A DNA stretch of 64,000 nucleotides from the NCBI RefSeq assembly GCF_001194135.2, contig NC_068994.1:93596-157595 (forward strand), read 5' to 3'. Position 1 is the first letter of the stretch. Each line of letters begins with the position of its first letter. The position numbers and the translations under genes were made by a program. Shown piece by piece: positions 24,798-36,806 of the stretch. The notes under the pieces were generated by a model. The model was not told the origin of the DNA and ran no database searches. It saw only the letters and a program-made list of their open reading frames with translations. The DNA is from Octopus bimaculoides. Its lineage: Eukaryota.

Positions 24798-24939
24798 AAC
24801 TGACAGTGTGTTGCGACATCATATGGTCACACAAAGTGATGGTCTGTTCTATCTGGACAAACAACCCTACCCGTATCTCGATTCTATCGTACTTTACCAC
24901 AAAAAGCATAAACTCCATGGTATCAAATTAACACAACAG
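24798..24939 (+). CDS. Coding exon, C-terminal half of the SH2-like domain (TDSVLRHHMVTQSDGLFYLDKQPYPYLDSIVLYHKKHKLHGIKLTQQ)
   Basis: Acceptor ttttgtctattcttcag|A and donor CAG|gtaaat; 142 nt = 1+47 codons; the phase matches the previous exon (AG|A = Arg); SH2 betaD-betaE-alphaB pattern (HH.V.Q.DG.FYL....[F/Y]..L.S.V.YH....L.GI.L). Confidence 0.85.
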
Positions 24940-25520
24940 GTAAATCTTTAGCTTTCTTCCTCACTACTTTCAAACATTTTCATTCATTAATGTTGTTCAT
25001 GTTGTTTAGACCCAGATTATTCTTAATCCAGGAGCCATTTGATCAAAAGTATTCCTATTCGACCATTCTGTCTTTTATTAAAAAATAGTGAATCTATGAT
25101 CAATATATTCCAGCCATGACAAATCTTTCTATTCAGAAATACTGTCATTTTGTTTTTATGTTGTTGTCTGATTCAACAAGCCTATGATTAAAACTATTCC
25201 AAATGCATCTCTCTTTTTTACAGGTATAGTGTAACTAGGAATATATGACCTATTATGTAGCTGTCAGTATCAGTGGTTCCAAGAGACATATTGCAATGTG
25301 ACCAAAACTTTCTCTTTCCAGAGTTTAACCAGGATCACATTATCACTCAATATGGCCTTCCTTTTTATGTTTGTAGGTTTTTGATTTGAGCGAGTTTTAG
25401 TTGTTACTTCTAATAATTTGAGCAACTGCTTAGAAACAAGTTGACTCATAATGTTTGCTTGAAAAATTTATGTAAATAGTGAGATTTGTTGATATTAGTA
25501 AATATTTCCTCTGTTTTTAG

Positions 25521-25637
25521 GCTCCGCTGAGTGCCAGAATTGTGAAATGCTTTGCTGCAAGATTTGCTGCCAACAATGGCAACATTCTGCCTCAGAAAAC
25601 TGAAGATAAAAACAAAATGCTTGAAGAGACATTATCT
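25521..25637 (+). CDS. Coding exon after the SH2 domain (APLSARIVKCFAARFAANNGNILPQKTEDKNKMLEETLS...), runs into an N-gap
   Basis: Acceptor tttcctctgtttttag|G; phase 0 matches the upstream donor; open to the gap. The donor is not visible. Confidence 0.65.
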
Positions 25638-25842
25638 NNNNNNNNNNNNNNNNNNNNNNNNNNNNNNNNNNNNNNNNNNNNNNNNNNNNNNNNNNNNNNN
25701 NNNNNNNNNNNNNNNNNNNNNNNNNNNNNNNNNNNNNNNNNNNNNNGTGCACGCGCACATTAGTGTTAAAGAAATTGTTTCTACTTAATCTGTATTCTCA
25801 ATTAAAATTATTTTTTCACTTGTTTGTTGTTTATTATTTCAG

Positions 25843-25889
25843 TTGATCAACGTTATGATTTAGACATAAGCAGTTGGTCAACATCTTAA
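25843..25889 (+). CDS. Probable terminal coding exon of the SH2 gene (xDQRYDLDISSWSTS*)
   Basis: Strong acceptor ttgtttgttgtttattatttcag|TT; the phase-1 reading is open to TAA. Phase cannot be confirmed because the previous donor lies in the gap. Confidence 0.45.
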
Positions 25890-26193
25890 CATACACACAC
25901 ATGCAATATCATTATATACACACTCCAGGCCAACAACTAGTGTGTGTGTGTGTGTGCGTGTGTGTGTGTGTGTATAAAAATTCCGTCTTGTGATGTAATG
26001 GGAAAGTATGGTAAGTACTCAGGTTGGTTTCCCATTGAAATTCCGATTGGAACTGCGACTAAAAGAAGGCTGGTGTTTTAGGTGTTTAGCAAAGAATGGC
26101 TACAAATGGCTAATCATCGATGCATATTAGGAATTAAAAAGTGAACAAGCAAAATGTGAGGAATTAGAGTCTGGAACTTAAAATTCAAACATA

Positions 26194-26294
26194 GTTGCAG
26201 AGTTATTAGAGTCAATAAGGGATTAAGAAATAAGCGTGGGAGGGATTTCATGCATTATTTCTTAATCCCTTATTTACTTAAACGACTCTACAAC
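26194..26294. repeat. ~100-bp imperfect palindrome with a perfect 20-bp core stem
   Basis: 26214-26233 aataagggattaagaaataa is the exact reverse complement of 26255-26274; outer arms match imperfectly. Confidence 0.85.
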
Positions 26295-28759
26295 CTGTTG
26301 GCTGTGGGTCAAAAAGAGATCAATAGTAAAAGTACTTATAGTTTAGGTATATTTGCAGATATGTGATGGAGATTTTGGCTGCTATTTTTTGCGGCCAAAT
26401 CTGCCTCAAGTTCACGACTAAACCTTTGAAGGCAGTGCCCCAGCATGGCCACATTCTAATGACTGAAGCGCGCACAAAAGATATACAGAATTTGCGAGAA
26501 AACTAATAAATGGCTGCATCGAAAAAATTGTTCGATGGTTTCAGTCGCGTGACACAGACACACCTTTAACAGTGTCACCATGAGGAATGTAGAAAACTGG
26601 GAATCGATTCATTGGAAACGTCCATTCACGATGCAATTCTTAAGAATATTATTATATATCAAAAAAAAAAAAGCAATAAAATTGAAATGTCATTTCTGCC
26701 TCGCCAAGTTGCCATTTGGCTCTAATTCAATAGAATTGTTCCAACAACAACCATATTATCTTTATGTATAATGCAGCCATCAGTAATAGGCTGGGATCTG
26801 AAGGTATTTCACTGCTATATCGAACGCATATCGTTGTTCTTGTTCTTCTAATCCTGCTGACATAATCATAATCCCGATGACATTCCAGTTGTAGCCATCC
26901 TTATATTTCATTCAAGCATCGTATAGCGAAGACGAACGTCTCCATTTAAAAAAAAAAAAAAAAATATGTGATTTGAGCGAGATTTGATTTCTATTTCTGA
27001 TAAATAAGAGTGACCAGAGAAAAGCACCTCCATTGATTCAGTTGTTGTCAACGAAAAATGCTTATTGGGATCACTTTGCCTGTCATCAACGCTAAGCAAA
27101 TAAAGTAATAACAACGAGTAAAGGGAAACAACTCCGTGGCGAAACTAAAGTCCATTCGGAATCGAATTGTCATCCAAAATTGTGGTTTTAAAAATCATGA
27201 TATTGATTGTCGAGGAATTCAGTGTTGAATATTTAATATGTCCACAAATAAATTTTCTTGACAGGAATAATATTAGGTTGAAGAAATTTGAACGATGGTA
27301 GTTTTTAAGAGATATTAGATAAGACTAGCAATGAAATATATAAATGTATTATCAAATATATAAACTAAATATCAAACAAAATGCTGAAGTTTCTGTTATA
27401 TCTTGAGATGCAGTCATCATTCTGTTGATCTTTTCCAAAAGGAATAAACAAAAAAAAAAATGCCTCCCTCCTGAATAAAAATTTTTCAAGAAAAGTCAAG
27501 AATTTATAAATTTTTAAGGAAACATGAATTCTTTATGAGAATTCGATCTTGAAACGCATTAATGCTTTACATAACAGATATGGGGTTCTTGTGACAGGTT
27601 AAATCTATCACTCAAGCAGTCCACTGTGGGGTCCAAGCCCAGAATTCAAAGAACTGGAACAACTACTGTAAGGCATCCCATTTAATAACCTAGTGATTCC
27701 ACAAATCTCCCATCCACAAAGAAGAAAGAAGTTGACCTCGATCAGATTTCCTCATCTTGGACATTCACACAAAATCTCTGTCTATTTTTAATTCATTCTT
27801 GATCTGTTGATTGTGCTAGACAGTATTTCACAGAGTGGGGGGGGGGGTCTGATAAGACTGAAACATGTTCAGTGTTGTCACAGTATTTACCATTTTAAAT
27901 TTTAGCATTCTCTTGCCCAAATTTGTCACTAACACAATCGGCATTTTTTTTCAACATGATTGTAATTTCACTTGATTTAACTTCTCCTTAGTTTTTGATT
28001 ATGATTAAATACTAATTACTGTATCATTCAAAAATTATTGTTAGAAACAGTATAGACAGATAGATCGAATAATTGAGAGTTTATCTGCAAGATTGGTTAT
28101 ATGTCATTAAATTGATTCAGTGAAATAATGCTACAAAGAAAATAAATATACAAAACCTGTCTGGACTGTTGAAATATATTTGATGGTGTCCATGTGAAAG
28201 TGAGAATGACTGGGTGGCAGTGTACCTTGAACCAGTATAGGAGTAAAGGATTAGTCGAAGCAGGCATAGCTTTTGCATAGTATTGTGTAGTAATACTTTT
28301 AGTTCTAATGATTTAATTAGCTATTTTGCAGCAATCACTGACCAGAGTTCTGTAGAACTAGTGGCTTAATCAATTATAAGAAAAACAGTAATCAATTCTA
28401 CATAATTAAACATAATTAGTTTGATCTCAACAAAAACTGCTCAAACTTCAATAAAAACCAAATTGACAGCGGCTGTGGCGAATTTTCTATGAGGATCATT
28501 TAAAAAGGAATTAATTGGTTGAGTTGTTTAGAGCATCACACAAACTCTTGTGTGGAATTTATGTCATTTTCATATGTTCTAAGTTCAGATCTGATCGAGG
28601 TCAACTTTGTCTTTCTTCTTTGTGGATGGGAGATTTGTGGAATCACTAGATTATTAAATGGGATGCCTTACAGTAGCTGTTCCGATTCATTGAATTCTGG
28701 GTTTGAACCCCACTATGGGACTGCTTGAGTGATACATTTAACCTGTCACCCGATTTGTA

Positions 28760-29163
28760 ACTTGACTTATCAGAGGATGTGCAGATTAGTTACAGTTCAG
28801 TCAATTATCACTGAAGATTTGGGTAGGAGACGCATGTCTGCCAAGTTTGTGCCAAAACTGCTTTCAGGTGATCAAAAAGACACTCAGGTTTCAGTTGCAC
28901 AAGATCTTGATTGTGCCAAGAACTATGAAAACATTTTGACAACTTTGCGTAAGCCTCTGAGCAAGCATCACCAAGCTTTTGGCAAAATTTGATGCAGATT
29001 CTCTGCTCAATTTTCTCTGTCATGGTCAATGTGACAATCACATGCTACACACATTCCTCCCAAGCACAGCTATAAACAGCAGACGAGAGCTAGAACAGCT
29101 TCACTCTACGTGCTTTAGATTTGTTACTATGGCAACAGTCCCGATATTTATTGATCAAACCAC

Positions 29164-29166
<3 letters not shown>
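28760..29166. mobile_element. Rearranged mariner remnant with an internal inversion
   Basis: Minus strand: TA+cacgtggtttgatcaataaatatc TIR and MTEKIEQRICIKFCQKLG..SEAYAKL; plus strand 28760-28945: IITEDLG.RR.SAKFVPKLLSGDQK..VSVAQDL. Confidence 0.8.
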
Positions 29167-29203
<37 letters not shown>

Positions 29204-30974
29204 CATTAAATAATTTAATGAATACCATAGCTTCTTCTGGAGATCCAGTTTCCTGGATTCTCAGGTGTATGTACTCCCCACTGGACAGAAAGCCAACCCA
29301 TCACAGGAATAATCCTTTTTGCCAGCTGAGTGGACTGGGGCAATGTGAAATGAAGAAGACAACTCATTGCCAAGTCCAGGAATCAAAAACCACAATTTTA
29401 CGATCATGAGGTCCCTAGCCGATTCACTCCAAATACAAGGAACAACCAGCAGGGAGACTGTTTTTAGCCCATCCCCAAATGGGGCTCGTGGCAGGCAAGG
29501 GGTTAATATTTGTAATAATAAATGTAAAGGATGGATTTCACACATTTCTTCTCAGAGATTAACAACCAATTTACTGTCAATCCCACCCAATTGCCTTCTT
29601 TCACTTCTGCTCCTAAACGTCATCTGCATCCAAGCGAGACGCCTCTCAAGCCTAACCTACTGAGACAGTAAAAATATTCTCCCCTTCAAAAGCATAAAGA
29701 AACAATCACTACACATAAACAAAACATTCCATCTCCTCTAAATATGAACAGCACATAGCTACGGAATCACCATCGCTAATGATCCAGGAAAAAATACATG
29801 CCTCCAACATAGCAAACACCCTATTAATAAGGATGGCATTTCCCTTCAAAGACAAAGTATTTTATCGTCTCACACACAAAAAAAAAAAAAAGAACTTACT
29901 AACCCTATATGAGGCTGGATTGAAACACACAGTGACGTAACACTTCAACATCCAGAATGGTATTGCTTATACACAAAGAGAGATCTTCTACAGTATTTAC
30001 TGCTATACACAGAAAGTGATAATCAAAGAAAAGATACTTGCTTGATTGCTTTGAAGTTATTTCCAACACACTCTAAAACTTCTTCTCTACGGATGTACTC
30101 CTCTCTATCTGTTGTTCTACTGCTACTGTTGTGACCTTTGCCCCTTGTAGTCCCTTGTTAGTCTTGTGTCACCTCTGCTCAGGCACTCACTAACATTACT
30201 TCGCATACTATGCCCACCACCCACGACGACTAGTCCTTTTCCTCCCCCCACCATTGTCGCTTCTCCGTACAACTGTCAAATTGCAATTGTTGAAGAACGT
30301 GAAGCCCATTGGTCTCGGAGAGTTTGTAAAGGTTGAAATGAAGTTTCCCTCCTCTCTGTCGATCCATCATAAACTAAATTACCCCACATTCAAAACTCTC
30401 TTCACTCTGTAAACACCTCGGCCAAGGCGACATTAAGATAAAACTAGTCGCCAAAGGTGGTGCTATGATGGTCTGATGCACTGACCCTGACAGAAAGAAA
30501 CCCTAACCGATTTCACTACAGGAAATTGCCCAAAGATTTCAACATTCGCAGCGCTCATCTGTCACATTTCAAGAACTTTTTTCTTCCACTTCCGCATATG
30601 ATTGACGGCCATAATCTAAAGTGAATTCTGGTATTTTAGAGATCGTAATTCTAAAATACCTGATAGAATAATTACTTAACGAACAAATGAGAAATGTGTC
30701 AACTATTTAATTAGACTCTTTTCATCTCCGAATATATTTTCTTCGATTAAATTATAAGAAACTGGTGCATACCTTTCTGTTTATGAACTAAAAAGAAATA
30801 ATTAGTTGTAAGGGGAAATAACTTATTCCAAGGGAAATAACTCTGAGAGAAAATTTTTGCAAGTTTTTGAAATGGTGTTCATACAGCTTCATACAACACG
30901 TCAGTTGATAATATATTCAATCGATAGGATATCCTGAGATACGGATTGCATTAAACACTTTTTTCATTCATCTT

Positions 30975-31100
30975 TTATTTTACTTGTTTCAGTCAGTTGA
31001 CTGCGGCCATGCTGAGGCACTGCCTTGAAGGGACGAATAAATCGACACCACAACTCCAATTTCAAATCTGCTACTTATTCTATCGTTGTCTTTAGTCCAA
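30975..31100 (-). mobile_element. SINE family A, 3' fragment
   Basis: ttttacttgtttcagtcagttgactgcggccatgctg motif. Confidence 0.6.
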
Positions 31101-31161
31101 CTTTTGTGACCTCTATTAATTTTGCCTTTAGGTTCTAATTACTAATAAGCAACCATTTAAA

Positions 31162-31203
<42 letters not shown>

Positions 31204-31289
31204 TTGTATGCGTTTCAGTCCAAAAGCCTTTGTCCATCCTGGGTCACCGCCAGTATCATAACCTTTTCAATAGCCATTTTCACGTGATT

Positions 31290-33065
31290 GGCTTTTGGTG
31301 GAGGAGGGTGTTTGATATTGTTGCACTCGTTAACGTTTCTTGCTGTGATGTAGATTCATCTGTTATTTGGGACAGCAAAACTTCAAGGTATTTCTTGAAA
31401 ACATCTGTCCCTACTCCATGTAGATCTCATGATTTTGTCTCTATATTAAAGATCTGTGGGCTTTTGAATTCTAAGTTATTGCCGTACTTCGTCCTTACTC
31501 AAGACGGGATGGGTGGGATCCTTGGAACAGTGCTGTGGCGTCCTCATCGGGGTCTGATAAAACTGCTGATGCCAGCCTCCTCCACTTCTTTCATAGGTGT
31601 ATCATTGCATATTTCTCCAATCTTCACTCCAGGGAGTAGAGTCATAATTTTTTAGTCTCTTACAGTAACCCCAGTGTTTCATTGATGTAATGTTTCTGGT
31701 GTAGCACTGTTGAATTGCTGCTAATTTCGCTGTTACATTGAGACTATGGGGTGACCATAACTGAGAGCTGCAGTCCATAGGACCAGCATAGTTTCCTGGT
31801 ACCTTGTTCTCAGAGTTCACAGAATCTATCCAGCCATTCGCAGGCACATTGCCACAATCCGAGTGATATGTAGATTAAACATCGATACTCCTATCAATCA
31901 TCAGGTCACGAATTGTGTTGATTATAGGATGGCTACTCCTTTTGTTCCAAAGTACTTTTATTTCGGTACTTTAGCACAAGTTGGCGGAGAGCTTGTAATT
32001 GCCCTGCATAGAACTACGTTGTTTTCTTCAGCTCATTTATATACGGCATCTAGATCTTTCTGTTGAAGATTAGTATCAAGAAGATTCTTGGCTGTGCAAC
32101 TTTTGTAACGTCGGCCAAGATAGTAAGAATGGTTGCTTGTATAACTGATGTCATGTCTGAGAGAGCTTCCACAAACAGCAGCGACTCCAAGACAATTCCC
32201 TGAAGCACTCCACCCATTATTAACGTCTCTTCGGATAGGGCTCCATTGGAGGGCACTATCTTTTAAGAAAGTCATGTAAACACTCTCTCAATTTTCCAAC
32301 TATGCTGCGATCAATCATATCAAGGGTTTTTGATTTTTTTTTTTTTTACTTTGATTTTACCAATGTGTTAGGCTAGAGAGAGAGACAAGTCTATAATTTT
32401 TAGCTTCTTCTCTGCTTCCTCGTTTATGGTTAGAACATATTATGCCCTTCTTTAACTTTCTAAGCGTTGGAAGAGGGTTTGCAGTAATCTTTACATTTTT
32501 CAGAATTGATGGGAATAATCAATGGCTGATATTACATCAGTTTATTTTATTTCGATGTAATCGATAATTACCATCCCTTCGTGTAGGGATGTGATGTCAA
32601 TGAACTTGTTTGGCATATTTATTTGCTAGTTTTCTGCCAAAGTTGTGAAACACTTTTGCATTGCAAATTCAGTAATTTACTTATCTCTTGGGGGTCCGCA
32701 GTCAGTGAGTCATTTTCTTTGAACATGTTTTACCATCTTCGGCAAGGCTCGTTCGAAATCGGACTCCTCACTTTCCGTTAGTAGCCCATTTGGACGATTT
32801 GAGATCTTTGCTTGTCTTCTCATTAGAATTTTCCTATTTCTGGAATTTATGTTTTTCTGTCGGTTTGAAATTCTCTCTGGAACAAATGTGTGGCATATGC
32901 CCTGCATGATTGTCATAAACTGCTTTATGCTGATATTCTGCAGAGAAAGACTGTTAGGCCGGTTATGTTCCAGGACTGTTTCAATATTTTTCCAGTTGGA
33001 TTTATGAAAGTTCTGGCCGGAAAGAAGTCGGTTGCTTCTAGTTGCCTGCGTTTTTGCATTTTTTT
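31290..33065 (-). mobile_element. CR1/L2-like LINE remnant in pieces (linker region 32710-33065; RT and C-terminal region 31290-32280)
   Basis: NFHKSNWKNI..ICHTFVPER..RKILMRRQAKI; NGALS..GGVLQG.VL..LLF..LADVTKV..QQKDLDAVYKW; MDCSSQLWSPH..IQQCYTRNI..RLK. Confidence 0.75.
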
Positions 33066-33074
33066 TGTCTCGGA

Positions 33075-33470
33075 GGCGTAGGAGTGGCTGTGTGGTAAGT
33101 AGCTTGCTTACCAACCACATGGTTCCGGGTTCAGTCCCACTGCGTGACACCTTGAGCAAGTGTCTTCTACTATTGCCTCGGGCCGACCAAAGCCTTTTGA
33201 GTGGATTTGGTAGACGGAAACTGAAAGAAGCCCGTCGTATATATGTATATATATGTATGTGTGTATATGTTTGCGTGTCTGTGTTTGTCCCCCCAACATC
33301 GCTTGACAACCGATGCTGGTGTGTTTACGTCCCCGTAACTTAGCAGTTCGGCAAAAGAGACCGGTAGAATAAGTACTGGGCTTCCAAAGAATAAGTCCTG
33401 GGGTCGATCTGTTCGACTAAAGGTGGTGCTCCAGCATGGCCACAGTCAAATGACTGAAACAAGTAAAGAG
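33075..33470 (+). mobile_element. Full-length tRNA-type SINE 'family A' with an internal microsatellite
   Basis: A-box tggctgtgtggtaag, B-box ggttcagtcc, CORE-like ccttgagcaagtgtctt; internal (TA)/(TG) tract at ~33240-33275; 3' half ends gactgaaacaagtaaag. Confidence 0.85.
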
Positions 33471-33769
33471 ACTATACATTTGTAGTCTTAAGCTTTGATT
33501 CGAGAAAATGGTTGGCATCACCTTAACATTATGGAAAGCGCTGTAAGTATATGCAAATTGTGTGCTGGTGCCATGATAAATGTTTCTATATTGCAATAGT
33601 TACAGAATATAGAAAGAAGTGTAAAACCGATAACTATATAACCCAACCAAAATATCTCAGTTACGCAAACGTGAACAGAATTACTATTTAACCTTAAAAT
33701 ACATTGTAGATATTCAAAGAACCTTCTTGGTTTAGTGGTACGGAACATTCTTCTGGTATTCTTTTTATT

Positions 33770-34075
33770 CTTTTACTTCTTTCAGTCATTTGACGATGGC
33801 CATGCTGGAGCACAGCCCTTTAGTTAAAGAAATCGGCCCCTGGACTTATTCCCTGTAAGTTTGGTGCTTAATCTATCAGCCTCTTCTGCCGAAAAGCTAA
33901 GTTACAGAGACGCAAACACACCAACATCGGTTGTCAAGCAATGGTGGTGGTGGGGGTGGGGGACAAATAGCCACACACACACACATACACATATATATGA
34001 CGGGCTTCTTTCAGTTTCCGTCTACCAAATCCACTCACGAGGCTTTGGTCAGTCTGAGGCTGTAGTAGAAGACAC
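33770..34075 (-). mobile_element. SINE family A, 5'-truncated
   Basis: 3' half, microsatellite and part of the head, in inverse orientation to the 33075 copy. Confidence 0.8.
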
Positions 34076-34584
34076 TCTTTAAAGTATAGAGTTGGATTTG
34101 GTGGAGCCATTTGTTAGCAACTTTTCTCCCCCACCCATTTTGTAGGGGGTATTACCCATTTTTCTGGGCTCTTTTCACAGTTATACCCCGTTCGAAATTT
34201 GCATTAGTTTTTGTATGAAAAAAAAAGGAAGGGAGTTAGGGGCTCGTTTGTAGTTTGTAGAGAAACGTTAAACATGCCTGAAAAAAACATGGTCTTTCTC
34301 CCCAACTAAAAGACATGGAGAACTATGAAAGGAGGCGAATAAGTACCGGGGGAGGGGGAGGAAAGAAGAGAGAACTAACACTTGATCGTTCTAGAACTCC
34401 CAGAATGAAAACCTAAACACCTGAAAGACTTTCCCTCCATTCATTACTAAATGTCTTTCTTCGTTGTTAAAAGTAAAGAAGCTCGAAAAAATCGATCGTA
34501 TTTCAGTCTAATTGTCATTGTAAATGGCCGATGCTTTCCTTTCTCTGTCGCTTCACTCCTTTTCTCTACGGTTAAGAGAGTGAA

Positions 34585-34760
34585 GGTGCGTGGCTCAGTG
34601 GTTAAGGGCATTCGGCCCACGATTGTAAAGTCATGAGTACGATTCCCTGCAGCGCCTGTGTTCTTGAGCAAGGTACTCTACTTCACCTTACTGCAGTCCA
34701 CTCAGCTGGCAAAAATGAATTGTAGCTGTAATTCAAAGAGACCAGCCTTGTGTGTGAGGT
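34585..34760 (+). mobile_element. Third tRNA-type SINE family (related minus-strand fragment at ~29300-29360)
   Basis: A-box tggctcagtggttaag, degenerate B-box, ttcttgagcaaggtactc...cagtccactcagctggcaaaaatg. Confidence 0.65.
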
Positions 34761-34899
34761 TGAATCTCACTCTCACTTCCTCTCTGTCCTCTTCTCTCCC
34801 GCTCCGCTACTCACTTCCTTTGAGGTAAGTGTGACACACACCACAGGTACGGATGTACAAAAACAACAAGTTGGCGTATTAACATTATTGATAATCCTT

Positions 34900-35112
34900 T
34901 CTACAGGAGGTACAAGGTATGAAATTTGGTGGGAGGAGATTAGTCGATTATATTGACCCCAGTGTTTCACTGATACTTAATTTATTGACCCTGAAAAGAT
35001 GAAAGGCAAAATCAGTCAACCTTGGCGGAATTTGAACTCAGAACGAAGCGGTAGACGAAATACCGCTTAGCATTTCACCCGGTGTGCTAACGATTTTGCC
35101 AGCTCGCCGCCT
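34900..35112 (-). mobile_element. SINE family B
   Basis: Matches 555-770; head abuts taataacaacaac. Confidence 0.8.
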
Positions 35113-35122
35113 TAATAACAAC

Positions 35123-35540
35123 AACAACAACGAGAGACAAAGAATAATGCCTAATAATTGATGTAGCAATGCCAGGAGATCGACATATCATCATGAAAGA
35201 AAGAGAAAAGGCTGGTAAATATGGAGACCTGAGAATTGAGATTACTAAGATGTGGCAGCTATGAGAGTCAAATATAAAGGTTGTCCCTATTGTAATCGGA
35301 GCATTGGGTTCAATACCACCCAAGCTGAAAAAAAAAAACCACCTGAAAACCTTAGAAGTATCCAACAATCTAGACGTATTGCAAAAGTCGGCATTACTTG
35401 GAACTGCCTGCATATTGCATAAAGAACTGTCTGTTTGAGGTCTTTGTTGTGACTTGACAAACGGTACAAACCCCCAATAGACATACTATCTTCAATCAAC
35501 AACTTCACGATATTGGATACTGTGCGACGTCTTAAATAAT
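35123..35540 (+). mobile_element. R4/Dong-like non-LTR 3' end (restriction-like endonuclease C-terminus plus 3' UTR)
   Basis: CLIIDVAMPGD..KEREK..KYGDLRIEI..MW..VVPIVIGALGSIP..LQKSALLGTACIL. Confidence 0.85.
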
Positions 35541-35544
35541 AAAT

Positions 35545-35756
35545 CTTTCTACTGGAAGCGCAAGGCCTCAAATTTGTTGGGGTGGGGTTAAGTCGATTAC
35601 ATCGACCCCAGTGCGTAACTACTATTTAGTTCATCGATCACAAAAGAATGAAAGGCAAAGTCGACCTCGGTAGAATTTGAACCCAGAATGTGACAGCGGA
35701 CGAAATACCGCTAAGCATTTCGCCCGGCGTGCTAACGATTCTGCCAGCTCGCCTCC

Positions 35757-35760
<4 letters not shown>
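35545..35760 (-). mobile_element. SINE family B flanked by (TAA)n
   Basis: Matches 555-770; long (TAA)n from 35759. Confidence 0.8.
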
Positions 35761-35802
<42 letters not shown>

Positions 35803-35807
35803 TAATC

Positions 35808-36300
35808 GTTTTTTTTATTGGCTACAAGGGCGGGTCGAATACAAAACAAATAGGGACAATACAAAACTGGCGACATGTGGAGTTTAACACAAAAATCGAG
35901 TAAATAATAAAATAGCAATGATAATTAACTATAAAATTCAACAATAAAATTGCCCCAAAAGGGAAAGTTCCTTACAGGGACAACCGAGGAACCCCATACA
36001 TTTTGGTTTCCCCGAACGCCAGATGCACCTCAGATGCCTCCTCAACTTTTTGAAGTTCCACGTGAAAAGGGAGATGAAGGTAGAGAGGAAAAGGCTGCCC
36101 TACCCCTAGTAACTTTGTTTCAAGGTGGGTGAATGGGGGGGGGAGGTCCATGTGAATAGCCGTATTCTGAGCATGCGCCTGTAGGCCAGAGGGAGAAGGG
36201 GCGCTCACCCGAGGTGTACTAGATGTTGCACTCTGGGTGAAGATTCCCTCCCTTTTGGCCAATTTTATAGTTCGAATTTTTATTGTTAATTGTTCTTGCT
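35808..36300. mobile_element. Two Tx1/L1-like 3' fragments in opposite orientation
   Basis: + strand 36030-36130 LLNFLKFHVKREMKVERKRL followed by a 3' UTR; - strand 36000-35808 similar UTR ending AATAAA plus an A-run. Family call is tentative. Confidence 0.4.
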
Positions 36301-36405
36301 TTTTTTTTTTACTCGTTATACGCAGTATATGTAAATCCCCACTGTCCTTTGTGTTGTATTAACCATTGTTTTTCTGTGTAACCATTATGGTCAATAAAGA
36401 AAGGA

Positions 36406-36439
<34 letters not shown>

Positions 36440-36806
36440 GTAAGAGAGCTACGCATGCCATGAAAGTGACACTGGTGGTACAGATATATGAAGCCCAATA
36501 CACCCATCAGGACTACCCGTCTGATAAGGGTACACCAGGCACATGCATCACAACCATATGTGCACGACATAGTGATCTCATACCAAGATTAACAGCACAT
36601 GACCTTGCAGGTGGGGCCCAGTTAGACTTTTTTTCAGGTCGAGTAGCCCATCCAACTCAAGAGGTCCCTGAATAAGGTTTGTTTAAGGGTGGTGAACGAA
36701 ACACCAATATTTCCAGGGGTGAATTATTCAAACCCCTAGATGATAACACTTCCAATCAGTTAAGCTCAAAAGCCATGAGAGCCACTGCCTGGTACTACAC
36801 CAGGGC
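36440..36806. repeat. Interspersed repeat 'family C', internally deleted copy flanked by (TTA)n on both sides
   Basis: Matches 12125-12565 but lacks roughly the 12330-12500 segment; (TTA)n at 36407-36439 and 36807-36830. Confidence 0.7.

Noticed and set aside
30290-30370. Possible Penelope endonuclease tail on the - strand
   Set aside because: The match requires several frameshifts in ~60 nt; too weak to call.
36730-36790. Gapped similarity of the family-C end (- strand) to the U2 snRNA 5' end
   Set aside because: It needs many gaps, the second copy at ~12510-12550 matches worse, and the rest of U2 is absent.
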